Assembly: GCA_050015075.1 (NCBI GenBank)
Contig: JBEKCB010000007.1
Location: 96,001-160,000 of the forward strand
Length of the DNA stretch: 64,000 bases
Reading direction: 5' to 3'
DNA from: Candidatus Brocadiia bacterium
GTDB taxonomy: Bacteria > Planctomycetota > Brocadiia > CAIUPP01
In this document: in pieces, positions 54,714 to 64,000 of the stretch
How positions within the stretch are numbered: position 1 is the stretch's first letter
How the letters are laid out: each line of letters opens with the position of its first letter
Notes under the pieces: generated by a model
Databases searched by the model: none
What the model saw: the letters and a program-made list of their open reading frames with translations, nothing else
What the model was told of the DNA's origin: nothing
Translations under genes and position numbers: made by a program

Positions 54714-56705
54714 TTACCGGGCGTATTTGAAGACGGCCACTCCATAGGGTTGAACTTCGAACGTCCCCTGGCAACGCCGACGGGTGAGCAACTCCACGGC
54801 CGGGCGCTGCAGCTTGAGCGTGGCCGGCTGGTTCGACAACTCGACGGCGATAAGACCTTCGGCCGCCCGGCCCTTGCGCGGGACAACGAGAAGGTTCGCC
54901 GAGGCCTCGGCGGCGGGGGCGACGCGCGCCTCAACTGCGGCGTCGAGGAGCAGCCGCTGCAGGTCCTGCTCGCCGGGGAGCGTGCCGAGGAGGATGATCC
55001 GCCCCTTGGCCATGCGCTTCTCGACCACGGCGGCCAAGCCTTTCATCGGGCCTTCGACATAGGTCGCCAGCGGCTTCGCGCCGTGGAGTTCGTATGAGTC
55101 GTACCAGAGCGCGCCCTGCGACTTGTGCCCGTCATTCCACAGGAACGAGAACGGCCGCGCGTCGCCCGGGATTTCATATTTGCAGCGTATGCCCGCCCAC
55201 TCTTCCAGCGAACCATACGGCGCGTGAGAGAACTTGGCGGCGTGCCGGTCGCGGATGTCGGTGAAGGGCCCGGCAATCCAGGTGCCGCCGGCCTCGATCC
55301 ATTTGCGCAACCGCTCGCGCAGGCTGCCTTCGTCGAGGTTCGGCAGGAAGGGCGAGAAGAGCAGCTTGTACGCCGACAGGTCCGCCTGTGCGTCGAGGAG
55401 GTCGGGCCGGAGTTGCGCCTGGATCATCGGGTGATAGATGTTGTTGACCAGCGTATCGCAGTACTTGAACCCATTGACGATCGGCTGGAACTCGAACATC
55501 CAGTACGCCGGCCCCGAGTAATGCAGCGCCAGGCCCGTGCGCACGGGACGGGTGCCGTTGAGGAAGCCGGCGGCGGCCTTCAGCCCCGTGGCGATCTCCT
55601 GAACCTCGCCGAAGATGTGCAGCGGGCGCCCCGCGCTGGAGACGACCGAGCCGTGCATGAGTTCCTGCCCGGCCCGGTGCGCGCGCCAGAGCCAGTAAAG
55701 GGTGGCCTCGCCGCCCAGAGCAAAAGGCAGCCACGAGTTCGCCCGGCAGAATCCCGGCTCGCGGTAACCGTTGGAAGCCGCCACACCGCCGTTCCAGCAG
55801 GTGGAGGTTTCCGTATTCCAGAAGGCCCGGTCCTTGAGCGACCGGCACAGGTCCATCCAGAACGCCGCCCGCCACATGTTGTTCGGCTTGGTGTAGTGGT
55901 TGAACTGGACGATGTTGAGCTTCCGTTCGATGTCGAAGTAGTTCAGCCCGAAGGCGGGCATCATGTCGGTGCCCACAGGCTGCCGGACGAGCCGGTGGAG
56001 GATATCGGCCTGGTGGTGGCAGAATTCCACGACGGAATCGGACTGGAAGCACATCCACGCCGTCTGAAGCGACGGGTGGTGCCACGTGTCGCTGCGAGGG
56101 ACGGGCAGTTGCGCGAAGGACTGGTAGGCCTGGCTCCACAGGTTATTGCACCAGGCGGCGTTGAGGGCCTCGATCGTGCCGAACTTCGCCCGCAGGGCGT
56201 CCTGGAATTTCTGCAGGCAGATGGGGCAGCAGCACGCGCGCGTGCCATAGGGGTACAGCTCGTTGTCAATCTGCCAGCCGATGACGTTGGGGTCCCGGCC
56301 GAACTCCTCGGCCATGCGCGTGACGATCCGCGCGCAATGACCGCGATAGACGGGGCTGTTGGAGCAGACGTGCCGTCGCGCGCCGTGCTGGGCGCGCACG
56401 CCCTGCTCGGACATGACGAGTGATTCGGGATAACGCTCCGTCAGCCACGCCGGCGGGGTGGGCGTCGGCGTGCCCAGGATCGTGGCGATGCCGGCCTTGG
56501 CCAGTTTCCGGACCACGACGTGGAGCCAGTCGAAATCGTACTGACCTTCCTGCGGCTCCATCCGGCTCCAGGCGAACTCGCCGATGCGCATCACATTCAT
56601 GCCGGCCTGCTTCATCAGGGCGATGTCGTCATCCACCTGCGAAAACGGCCAGTCCTCCGGATAATAAGCGGCGCCGAGGTAAGGGGGTTTGACTGTGTTG
56701 CTCAT
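54714..56705 (-). CDS. Beta-galactosidase, GH42 family
   Basis: YYPEDWP, RIGEFAWSRMEP, WQIDNE, GQELMHG, trimerisation domain. Confidence 0.93.
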   Translation of the reverse strand: MSNTVKPPYLGAAYYPEDWPFSQVDDDIALMKQAGMNVMRIGEFAWSRMEPQEGQYDFDWLHVVVRKLAKAGIATILGTPTPTPPAWLTERYPESLVMSEQGVRAQHGARRHVCSNSPVYRGHCARIVTRMAEEFGRDPNVIGWQIDNELYPYGTRACCCPICLQKFQDALRAKFGTIEALNAAWCNNLWSQAYQSFAQLPVPRSDTWHHPSLQTAWMCFQSDSVVEFCHHQADILHRLVRQPVGTDMMPAFGLNYFDIERKLNIVQFNHYTKPNNMWRAAFWMDLCRSLKDRAFWNTETSTCWNGGVAASNGYREPGFCRANSWLPFALGGEATLYWLWRAHRAGQELMHGSVVSSAGRPLHIFGEVQEIATGLKAAAGFLNGTRPVRTGLALHYSGPAYWMFEFQPIVNGFKYCDTLVNNIYHPMIQAQLRPDLLDAQADLSAYKLLFSPFLPNLDEGSLRERLRKWIEAGGTWIAGPFTDIRDRHAAKFSHAPYGSLEEWAGIRCKYEIPGDARPFSFLWNDGHKSQGALWYDSYELHGAKPLATYVEGPMKGLAAVVEKRMAKGRIILLGTLPGEQDLQRLLLDAAVEARVAPAAEASANLLVVPRKGRAAEGLIAVELSNQPATLKLQRPAVELLTRRRCQGTFEVQPYGVAVFKYAR

Positions 56706-56751
56706 GAACGATTCTCCTTTTTAACTCAGCTGCCTGCGCCATGGCCTGCGG

Positions 56752-58227
56752 TTACGCGCGCGTGGCCAGTTCATGCGGCTGGACTCGGGGCGAGTGCGCG
56801 CCGCAGCTCTCCGCTTTTTCGGCCTCCGGCGTGGCCGCCGGGCTCGCGTAAAATCCGAACTCGCGCAGGAGCCGCAGTTTCGGCAGCACGTTGCCTTCCA
56901 GGTCAATGTGGAAGAACCCGGAGAAGATGTCCGGGTTGTCCGTGATGAGCTGGAAATACCGCCGGTACCGCTCCGGGATGCGGATGCCGCCGTCCACGTA
57001 CGTCTCGTGGCCGGTGCAGACGAACTCCGGCAGCAGCCAGGGCGAAAATTCGAGCTTCGCCTTCGCCGACCACTCGCGGTACACCTCCGTCTGCGGCAGA
57101 AGCGAGAGCAGGCTCGGCAGGATGCGCGCACCCATCATGCGGAACGAGATCATCTGGAAGAGCGACTGCCGGAAGTCCTCGATCGTCTCGAACGGGAATC
57201 CCCAGACGTAGAACGTGTCCACGCGCGGGAAGATCGGGATCGCCTTCGGGACGATCTCGAGCGCCTGCGCGGCGGTGAAGCCCTTGCGGATGATCTCCAG
57301 CACGCGGTCCGAGCCGGACTCGATGCCGAACCGCAACTCCAGGCAGCCGCACGCGGCCATCGCGCGCATCATCTCCTCGTCCACCAGGTTCACGCGGCCG
57401 AACGCCTTCCATTCCAGCTTCAGCCCCGTGCGCGCCAGCTCGTCGCAGAACGCCATCACCTGCCGTTTGCCGGAGACGAAGAACTCGTCCTGGAAAAGGA
57501 ACATCTCCGCGCCGGCGCGCTCATGGATGAGCTTCATCTCCGCCACGATGTTCCGCGGGCTGCGCGAGTAGCTCTCCAAGTTCCAGACCGGCGCCACCGA
57601 GCAGAACGTGCACGGATACGGGCAGCCGCGGCTGGTCATCAACCCGTAACCGGCGTACCGTTTCAGCTCGATCTTGTCGAAGGCGGGGAACGGGATGCTG
57701 TCGAGGTCGCGGATGCGCGCGCGGTCGGGATTGTGGCGGATTTTTCCCACGCCGTCGCGGTAAGAGATGCCGGCGACGCCGGAGAGGTCGCCGCCGGACT
57801 TCAGCGCGCGCAGGAGGTCCGGCCCGGTCAGCTCGCCTTCGCCGCGGCAGATGACGTCAATCCATGGAAAGCGCGCGAGCACTTTCTCTTCGACCGACTT
57901 CGACCCGACGCCGCCGAGGACCAGCGTGCGGCCGGGATAGCGCTTCTTCAGGGCCTGCAGCGCCAGGACGGTGAACGGCAGCAGGTTCGCCATGCACGAA
58001 AGGCCGATGACCGGCGCGGGCTCTTTCAGGAAATCGAGGAAGGCGGCGATGTCGAACGGATCGTCGGTCGGGCAGGTCTGGTAGTCGCGGAAGTCCACCT
58101 CGAAGCCGGCGTCCTCGAGCGCGCGAGTGAGATACAGGCAGCCGAGCGGCACGTGCAGCTCGCGCTCGACCTCCTCGCCGTAGCGCATGAAGAGCATGTT
58201 CAGGTTGATCAGCGTGATGTCGGCCAT
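56752..58227 (-). CDS. Cobalamin-dependent (class B) radical SAM enzyme
   Basis: B12-binding domain (PLGCLYL, IGLSC, VLGG, RGEGE) plus SRGCPYPCTFC (CxxxCxxC), FGIESGS. Confidence 0.93.
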   Translation of the reverse strand: MADITLINLNMLFMRYGEEVERELHVPLGCLYLTRALEDAGFEVDFRDYQTCPTDDPFDIAAFLDFLKEPAPVIGLSCMANLLPFTVLALQALKKRYPGRTLVLGGVGSKSVEEKVLARFPWIDVICRGEGELTGPDLLRALKSGGDLSGVAGISYRDGVGKIRHNPDRARIRDLDSIPFPAFDKIELKRYAGYGLMTSRGCPYPCTFCSVAPVWNLESYSRSPRNIVAEMKLIHERAGAEMFLFQDEFFVSGKRQVMAFCDELARTGLKLEWKAFGRVNLVDEEMMRAMAACGCLELRFGIESGSDRVLEIIRKGFTAAQALEIVPKAIPIFPRVDTFYVWGFPFETIEDFRQSLFQMISFRMMGARILPSLLSLLPQTEVYREWSAKAKLEFSPWLLPEFVCTGHETYVDGGIRIPERYRRYFQLITDNPDIFSGFFHIDLEGNVLPKLRLLREFGFYASPAATPEAEKAESCGAHSPRVQPHELATRA

Positions 58228-58237
58228 GCTGTTTTCC

Positions 58238-58948
58238 CTAGGGTTGGTCCGGACGCATGCCTGTAACCACCATCGGCGGCTTGGGCACCTGCGGCGTGAC
58301 AGCGGCATCCGTGTCCGGCGGAGTCGCCGGCGGATTCGTAGTCGCCGGGCTGCCGGGCGGCGTCTCCGCGGGAAGCGACGGCGGCCGGTCCGGTCGAACG
58401 CCGCCGAAGTTGGTCGGGCGCTTCGGATTGTTCACGGCATCGGTATCCGCCGGTTCTGCTACGAAGCCAAAGACCGCGTGGGAAAACACCGGAGCGCTCC
58501 CCGTCGTTGACTGCGCGGCGGAGGGCGGCTGGTCGGGTCTGCTGCCGGTCGGCGGAGGCGGCGCTGATTCGCCGCACCCGGCCAAATCCGCTCCGAGCGC
58601 GACGAGCATCACCGCCGCGGCCGCGCCCATGAGGACCGGCCGGAGTTTCGCGTCAACGTTGGTCCGGCTGATGATCGCTTCGAGCTGCGCATGCGGGATG
58701 CCCGCGAGCATCGCGATTTCCGAGGGGCGCAGTTCCAGCCCGATCGTCTTCGCCGCCTCGGCGCGCTGCTCCAGGAGCAATCGGCGGAACTGCGGGTCCA
58801 CCGCCGCCTTTTTGATCAGCACCTCGACCCCGCGCGGCACGCCGCCCAGCGGCTTGCCCGCGCCCGGCGGCCGCCCGCCGACGATCGTCGTCCGCACCGA
58901 CTCCTGCTCGATTCGGCGTCCGCCGCCCTTCTGGTCCGGAGCGCTCAT
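58238..58948 (-). CDS. NHLP-like leader / internal lipobox / Pro-rich protein with three G-x-R-P-D-x-P repeats (putative radical SAM substrate)
   Basis: VEVLIKKAAVDPQFRRLLLE..AEAA..IGLEL; hydrophobic stretch plus LAGC; TGSRPDQP, GGVRPDRP, TGMRPDQP; AAGGAG RBS; stop codon 10 nt before the rSAM ATG. Confidence 0.75.
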   Translation of the reverse strand: MSAPDQKGGGRRIEQESVRTTIVGGRPPGAGKPLGGVPRGVEVLIKKAAVDPQFRRLLLEQRAEAAKTIGLELRPSEIAMLAGIPHAQLEAIISRTNVDAKLRPVLMGAAAAVMLVALGADLAGCGESAPPPPTGSRPDQPPSAAQSTTGSAPVFSHAVFGFVAEPADTDAVNNPKRPTNFGGVRPDRPPSLPAETPPGSPATTNPPATPPDTDAAVTPQVPKPPMVVTGMRPDQP

Positions 58949-59150
58949 CGTTGCGTTCTCCTTCCATCGGTTCGACACTCACATTCGGCAGGATTCTACA
59001 CCCGTTGAATGAAAAAGCAACTGAAATGTTACGTCCTGCGGCGAGAGGCGGCCATCATTGCCCTCCGAAAATGCGCCGGGCCGATTGACAGAATTACGGC
59101 TGCGTGTAGAATGGCGCAGGGCGAACGGCAACAGGAACGGGAAGGGTCCG

Positions 59151-59846
59151 ATGAAACCAGGATCGCGCGGCGCTTCGGCGGGTGCGGGCGGAAGCCGGCC
59201 CGAGCTGGAAAGTCTCGGTGAAGTCGGCATCCTCTTCGCCGACCTTTCCGGCTACACCCAGGTCGTCTATCAGTGCGTAGGCGATGAAGACCGGCTTCAG
59301 CGCCTGTCCATGGCGCTTTACCGGCTCTTCAATGCGCCCGGCCATGCGCATCCGGACATTTCCGTGGAAGGCTACGCCGGGGACGGCTTCCTGGCGTTCA
59401 GCCGCGGCCGGACGCCGGTCCGCACCATGTACGACTTCGCGCTGACTTTGCACAGCCGTTTCGACGCGGAGACTCGGCCGCTGATGCTGAACCTGGGCTT
59501 TCGCGCCAGCGCGGCGCTGCGCACCGGGCTTCACATCGGGCGCGTCTGGCGCATGAAGTTGTCCGCAGAGCCGGAGCCGCCGCGCTATTCCAACATCTCC
59601 GACGCGATCAACGTGGCCAGCCGCGTGGTGGCCGGGCAGGTCTGCCGCCGGCGCGGCCTAGCCGTGACGCGCGACTGCTATCGCCGCCTGCTCTACGCCG
59701 GCCGCAAGGAAGTCCGCGAGCCGGACGAAGTCATCCAGGACCGCAACCAGTATCCGGAGCCCATCGAGATCTATCACATCCGGCCGGAGGAGCATCAGCA
59801 GATCGTCACCCGCTCGGCCGGACAGGCGAAGAATCCGCCGGCGTGA
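59151..59846 (+). CDS. Stand-alone class III nucleotidyl cyclase domain protein
   Basis: ILFADLSGYT, GDGFLA, LRTGLHIG, SDAINVASRV. Confidence 0.85.
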   Translation: MKPGSRGASAGAGGSRPELESLGEVGILFADLSGYTQVVYQCVGDEDRLQRLSMALYRLFNAPGHAHPDISVEGYAGDGFLAFSRGRTPVRTMYDFALTLHSRFDAETRPLMLNLGFRASAALRTGLHIGRVWRMKLSAEPEPPRYSNISDAINVASRVVAGQVCRRRGLAVTRDCYRRLLYAGRKEVREPDEVIQDRNQYPEPIEIYHIRPEEHQQIVTRSAGQAKNPPA

Positions 59847-59890
59847 GGCGTGCGCATTCGTTCTGAGACGTCCGCAGAGGTGAGGAGAGT

Positions 59891-62182
59891 GTGATGGGAC
59901 TGACGATCCGCTTCCAGGGCGGCGCGCGCGCCGGAGAAGTTCTCGACTTCGGCGACCAGGTCGAGACCGTCGTCTTCGGCCGCGATGCCGACAGGTGCCA
60001 GGTGGTTTTTCCGCCGGAAGAGACGAAGGTCGGGCGCGAGCACTGCGCGCTCCGGCGCGTCCTGGGCCGCTACCGCCTGCAGCTCAACAAGGACAACCTC
60101 GTCCTGCTCGACGGCAAGCCGGCGATGGAAGACCAGGAACTCGGCGCGACGGCCGACCTGCAACTGGGGCCGGACGGGCCTCGGCTGATCGCCGAGACGA
60201 CCGGGAAGGCCGGCCTGCTTCCGACGATGGACCAGGGGCGGCGCGCGGGCCAGGCGACGATGGTCCGCGATGCGGGCCGGACGGCCAGGAAGGGCCGGAA
60301 CATCGCTCTTGCGGTGGCCGCGTTGCTCGTGATCCTCGGCGTCGTCGTCCTCACCGTGGCGCGGCGGCAGGAGGAGAAAATTCGCAGCGTCACCGAATTG
60401 ACCCAGGCGGATAAGGCGCTGATCAACGACATGGCCGGCAAGCTCGCGACGGTCGCCGCCAAGTCCGAGGCGCTGCCGATGGCGCTGGCGAAAGCGCGGC
60501 CGTCGGTCTACATGGTCGTGCTGCGCTTCCAGCCCGAGGGGAAATCGTCCTACGAAGAGGTGCAGCTCGGCACGGCGTGGGTCATCGCCGACGGCGTGCT
60601 CGCCACCAACGCGCACGTCGCGGAGGTGTTCAACAACCTGGGCAAGACAATGGAGGACCTCAAGCCGCTCGGCGTCCTCAAGGAGTACGTGGTCCGCTCG
60701 AACGCGCCTGAGCCGAAGACGCATCGCATCAAGTCCGTGCGCATTCACCCCGGTTACGAGGAGTTCCAGAAGATCTGGGGCGAACTCAAGCCCGGCTACG
60801 GACAATCGCTCAGGACCCTGCGCATTGTGGACGCCGCCGGCCCGGCTTGCGACGTCGGGCTCCTGCAGGTGGACGAGGCGGACCAGGCCGGCCTGGCCGC
60901 GAAGCTGCCGGTCGCAACGCCGAAGGAACTCGGCGAGCTGCTCGCCGGCCGATCGGTCGGATACGTCGGTTACCCGGGCGAGAACCTGGCGCTCATCAGC
61001 CAGACGCATCCGAACCCCGTCACGCAGGTCGGCAGCATTACCGCCGTGACCGATTTTCTCGGCGTCAGCTCGAAGGACGGTCAACTGATCCAGAATTCGC
61101 TGCCGCTCGCCGGCGGCGCCAGCGGCAGTCCGGTCCTGAACGCGGACGGACAGGTCATTGCCATCCTCAGCGCGGGCAACATGGTGGTGACGAGCGCGGG
61201 CCGGACTCCGTCGGCGGCCGGCATCAATTTCGCCCAGCGCGTTGACCTGGTCACCGAACTGCTCGAGGGACGGGCCGCGAAAGCCCAGCCGGAACGCTCC
61301 GCCGCGTGGCGAAGGCAGATACCGGAGGTGTACGACACCGGGCTCGCCCTGCTGCACAAGGAACTGGTTCCTGAATACGTGAAGTTCCGGGAAGTCCAAC
61401 TGGCCGGCGACGATCAGAACGTGGAAGTCCAGGCGCGGGAAATCTCCCACCAGGCCGGCAAGCTCACCGCATCCGCCGAAGCCGCCAATCCGGCGACGTA
61501 TAAGCTGACGGCGACTCTTCCCTTGAACGCCGTGTGCCTGGTGGTGGTCGCCTCGAGCGACGACGCCTGCGATCTCGCCTTGAACGTGGTGGAAAAGGGC
61601 GGCGCCGCAACGGGCCAGGAGCATCCCGGACAGAAAATCCACGAGGAAGTTCCCTGGGCGAGCGTGACCCAGTTCGAAGTGCGCGACACGGAGCCGATCG
61701 AGATCACGGCCTCCGCCAGTTCGGCCAACGCGCCGGTGGAAGTGTACGTGTACCAGCTCGAAAGGAAAGAGCCGACGCCGGAAAAGCGCCTTGGCAAGAT
61801 CCTCGCCTCCTGGCAGAACGATCTCAAAGAGAACAAGGGCGGCGAATTCACGACCGAGGAGGTGATCGCCCAGCAAGGCGAGTTAGGCGAACCGACCGCC
61901 GAATTGAAAACGGCGATCTACAAAATGGACCTGTCTATCGCCGCCGAGGGCCATTACATGGCGGTCGCCGCCGGATCGCCCGGCCAGAACGTCGCCATCC
62001 TCGTGGCTGCGGTCAACGGCGACGAGCGGACTGAGCTTGCGAAAGACACGCGCGACCTTCCCTGCACCGCCTGCGCATTCGATGCGGACGGGAAGGTGAA
62101 GACCGAGATCTACGTCCTGGGCCAGACCGCCCGGACCAAGTTCAACCTCTGGGTCTATCGAGCCGTGCCCAAGATGCCGTGA
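59891..62182 (+). CDS. FHA-TM-trypsin-like serine protease with C-terminal beta domains
   Basis: FHA-like FGRD...VGREHC; TM segment; catalytic triad TNAHV / DVGLL / GASGSP. Confidence 0.87.
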   Translation: MMGLTIRFQGGARAGEVLDFGDQVETVVFGRDADRCQVVFPPEETKVGREHCALRRVLGRYRLQLNKDNLVLLDGKPAMEDQELGATADLQLGPDGPRLIAETTGKAGLLPTMDQGRRAGQATMVRDAGRTARKGRNIALAVAALLVILGVVVLTVARRQEEKIRSVTELTQADKALINDMAGKLATVAAKSEALPMALAKARPSVYMVVLRFQPEGKSSYEEVQLGTAWVIADGVLATNAHVAEVFNNLGKTMEDLKPLGVLKEYVVRSNAPEPKTHRIKSVRIHPGYEEFQKIWGELKPGYGQSLRTLRIVDAAGPACDVGLLQVDEADQAGLAAKLPVATPKELGELLAGRSVGYVGYPGENLALISQTHPNPVTQVGSITAVTDFLGVSSKDGQLIQNSLPLAGGASGSPVLNADGQVIAILSAGNMVVTSAGRTPSAAGINFAQRVDLVTELLEGRAAKAQPERSAAWRRQIPEVYDTGLALLHKELVPEYVKFREVQLAGDDQNVEVQAREISHQAGKLTASAEAANPATYKLTATLPLNAVCLVVVASSDDACDLALNVVEKGGAATGQEHPGQKIHEEVPWASVTQFEVRDTEPIEITASASSANAPVEVYVYQLERKEPTPEKRLGKILASWQNDLKENKGGEFTTEEVIAQQGELGEPTAELKTAIYKMDLSIAAEGHYMAVAAGSPGQNVAILVAAVNGDERTELAKDTRDLPCTACAFDADGKVKTEIYVLGQTARTKFNLWVYRAVPKMP

Positions 62183-62213
62183 GCCGATGTCATGCCGGTG
62201 GTTGAGGAACCTG

Positions 62214-64000
62214 ATGGACAACGGGCTTGCTTCCTGGTTCAGAATATGGCACCCGCGGTATCGGGGCATTCTGGTTCAACTGGCCGTCGCCGCCGCGATT
62301 GCCGCCGCGCTCTTATACGTCCAGCAGGGTTTGCTCGACCTTCTGACGCTGTCGCTGGCGTCCAACCCTGCGGCGCCCGCCGAGTCGGGCGAGCATGCGG
62401 ACAAGGCGCTGACGGTCCTCTCGAATGATGCCGCCTCGCTGGGCCTCACGCCGGCATCGCTGCCGCTGCTCGTCCTGGGACTCTTCATCCTGGTGGCGGT
62501 CGTCGCGAGCGCAATAGACTACTGGAAAGTGCGCGTGACGGGCCGGCTGAGAGTCCGAAGCGAAGATGACCTGGAAGCCGAGATCCTCGCGCACCTGCTG
62601 CGGCAGGACGACGCGTTCTTCGCCCGCCATTCGCCCTCCGAGACGGTCAATCGCCTGGCGGTGGATGTGTACCGGACGACCGAAAACCGGCCGAACCTGA
62701 TGCTCGCCGTGGCCTCGGTCGCCCTCATCGTCAGCAGCCTGGGCTACTTTGTGCAGAAGGACTGGCGGCTGGCGGCGGTGGCTTTCGGAGGCTGCGTCGC
62801 GGGCGCCCTGTGGACCTTCCACATGACCAAGCGCGTCAAGGACATGGACGCCAGCTACCTCCGCTCCGACGACCGGGTCAAATCGCACTTCGAGGATTGC
62901 CTGAGAGCGTCTCCGGAGATCCAGGTCGGCGACCTCCATCGCAAGGTCCGCCGGCATTTTGAGGAGGTCCAGGAGGACCGCACGCAGACGTATCTGCGCT
63001 ATGTGGGCCTCAACGCGGCGCTGAGCGTGGGCAGCACGGTGTGGTACTTGCTGGCATTCATCGCCATGATCTTCGTCGCCCTGCACCTGCGAGGGAGCAG
63101 CGGCGAGAACTCGTCGCTGGCCCTGGTCCCGGTGGTGATCTGGGCGTTGCCGCGCCTGTTCAACAGCGCCTCGTCGCTGGTCTTCCTCAACCTGCAGTTC
63201 CAGCTCGCCCGGACCAGCATGAAGCGGCTGCTGGAATACGAGGCCCTCGCGTCGCCGCCGCCGGCGGGGCAGGCGCAGACGCGCGCCGGCGAGGAAATCG
63301 CTCGCGTGGAACCGATCCGCGCCGACCGGGTTACCTATCGGTACGCAGCCGCCGACGGCACGCAACAAGTCGGCCTGTCGGAGGTCAGCGCCACGTTCGT
63401 CCCCGGCCAGTGGACGGCGCTGGTGGGCACAGCCGGCTCGGGCAAGTCCACCTTGCTCAGGCTGCTGCTCCGGCGGGCCAAGCCGCATGAGGGCGAAATC
63501 TTTTACGGCGACCGGCCGCTTCAATCGCTTTCCGACCGGCAACTCGCCGATCTCCTATCCGTCATGCCCCAGTCGGTGGCGCTGCTGGATGCCGCGATTG
63601 GGGAGAACCTGCTGTTCGGCAGAGCCGCGCCCGCCGGCCGGACCTCGCCCGAGCTGACCGACGCGGACCTCGAAGTGGTGGAAAGCGCGGGCCTCGCAAA
63701 GGTCTGCCGGCTTAAAGCGCTCGACATGCTTCCGGAAAAGGAACGCGGTTGCGCGGAGTTGGCCGGAGGAATCGCGGAGACCCGGAACCGGCTTCGCGAG
63801 CGGCTGCGGAAGGAATGCGGCGCGGTCATTCTGCCGTTCGAGGAAGGCCGCGCGGACGCGAAACACTGGGTGCTCGAGCACCTGTTGAACGGGCGGTGCG
63901 ACCGTGAAAAGGCCGCGCGGATCCTGCTGCATAAGACGCGCGCCGGCAGCTTGAAGGCGCTGCCCGGAACGCCGCTGGGCGTCGAACTCGTCCGCGCCGG
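62214..64000 (+). CDS. ABC exporter (TMD plus NBD), truncated at the window edge
   Basis: Open frame from 62187/62214 to the end of the window; TM helices; Walker A GTAGSGKST near 63425; Q-loop VMPQ...ENLLFG followed by a long insertion. Confidence 0.82.
   Translation, partial: MDNGLASWFRIWHPRYRGILVQLAVAAAIAAALLYVQQGLLDLLTLSLASNPAAPAESGEHADKALTVLSNDAASLGLTPASLPLLVLGLFILVAVVASAIDYWKVRVTGRLRVRSEDDLEAEILAHLLRQDDAFFARHSPSETVNRLAVDVYRTTENRPNLMLAVASVALIVSSLGYFVQKDWRLAAVAFGGCVAGALWTFHMTKRVKDMDASYLRSDDRVKSHFEDCLRASPEIQVGDLHRKVRRHFEEVQEDRTQTYLRYVGLNAALSVGSTVWYLLAFIAMIFVALHLRGSSGENSSLALVPVVIWALPRLFNSASSLVFLNLQFQLARTSMKRLLEYEALASPPPAGQAQTRAGEEIARVEPIRADRVTYRYAAADGTQQVGLSEVSATFVPGQWTALVGTAGSGKSTLLRLLLRRAKPHEGEIFYGDRPLQSLSDRQLADLLSVMPQSVALLDAAIGENLLFGRAAPAGRTSPELTDADLEVVESAGLAKVCRLKALDMLPEKERGCAELAGGIAETRNRLRERLRKECGAVILPFEEGRADAKHWVLEHLLNGRCDREKAARILLHKTRAGSLKALPGTPLGVELVRA

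Noticed and set aside
54714-56705. GH42 as part of the radical SAM / NHLP system
   Set aside because: Co-oriented and close, but an ordinary cytoplasmic beta-galactosidase with no evident functional link.

Overview
High-GC bacterial chromosomal window. DUF1559/prepilin-like N-termini, Hanks kinases, PocR and corrinoid proteins suggest an anaerobic Planctomycetota-like organism (inference). From left to right it contains: (1) part of a gas-vesicle locus (gvpA, two GvpL/F, Cdc48-type AAA ATPase, Hsp20/GvpH, a receiver-less sigma54 activator, two sigma54 promoters) plus a PAS kinase/NarL pair, all 3' of tRNA-Ser; (2) housekeeping and small genes with a sigma54-driven candidate sRNA; (3) a kdpFABC-vapBC-kdpDE operon; (4) an MFS transporter, a PIN protein, an IS110 remnant and tRNA-Leu; (5) a carbamoyltransferase-SxtJ-SxtK trio with two tandem SGNH-TPR paralogs; (6) a TPR kinase, PocR-GAF-PP2C, corrinoid protein and Aas; (7) a probable UGA-readthrough selenoprotein; (8) a GH42, a B12-dependent radical SAM enzyme and its probable substrate; (9) a divergent cyclase / FHA-protease / ABC exporter operon. 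Best leads: an NHLP-leader lipoprotein with three G-x-R-P-D-x-P repeats beside a class B radical SAM enzyme; a pilin-like U-x-C selenoprotein with a SECIS-like hairpin; and a DltX-like C-terminal Tyr motif in SxtK that suggests a trans-membrane O-carbamoylation relay. All family assignments come from motif recognition by eye; no searches were run.
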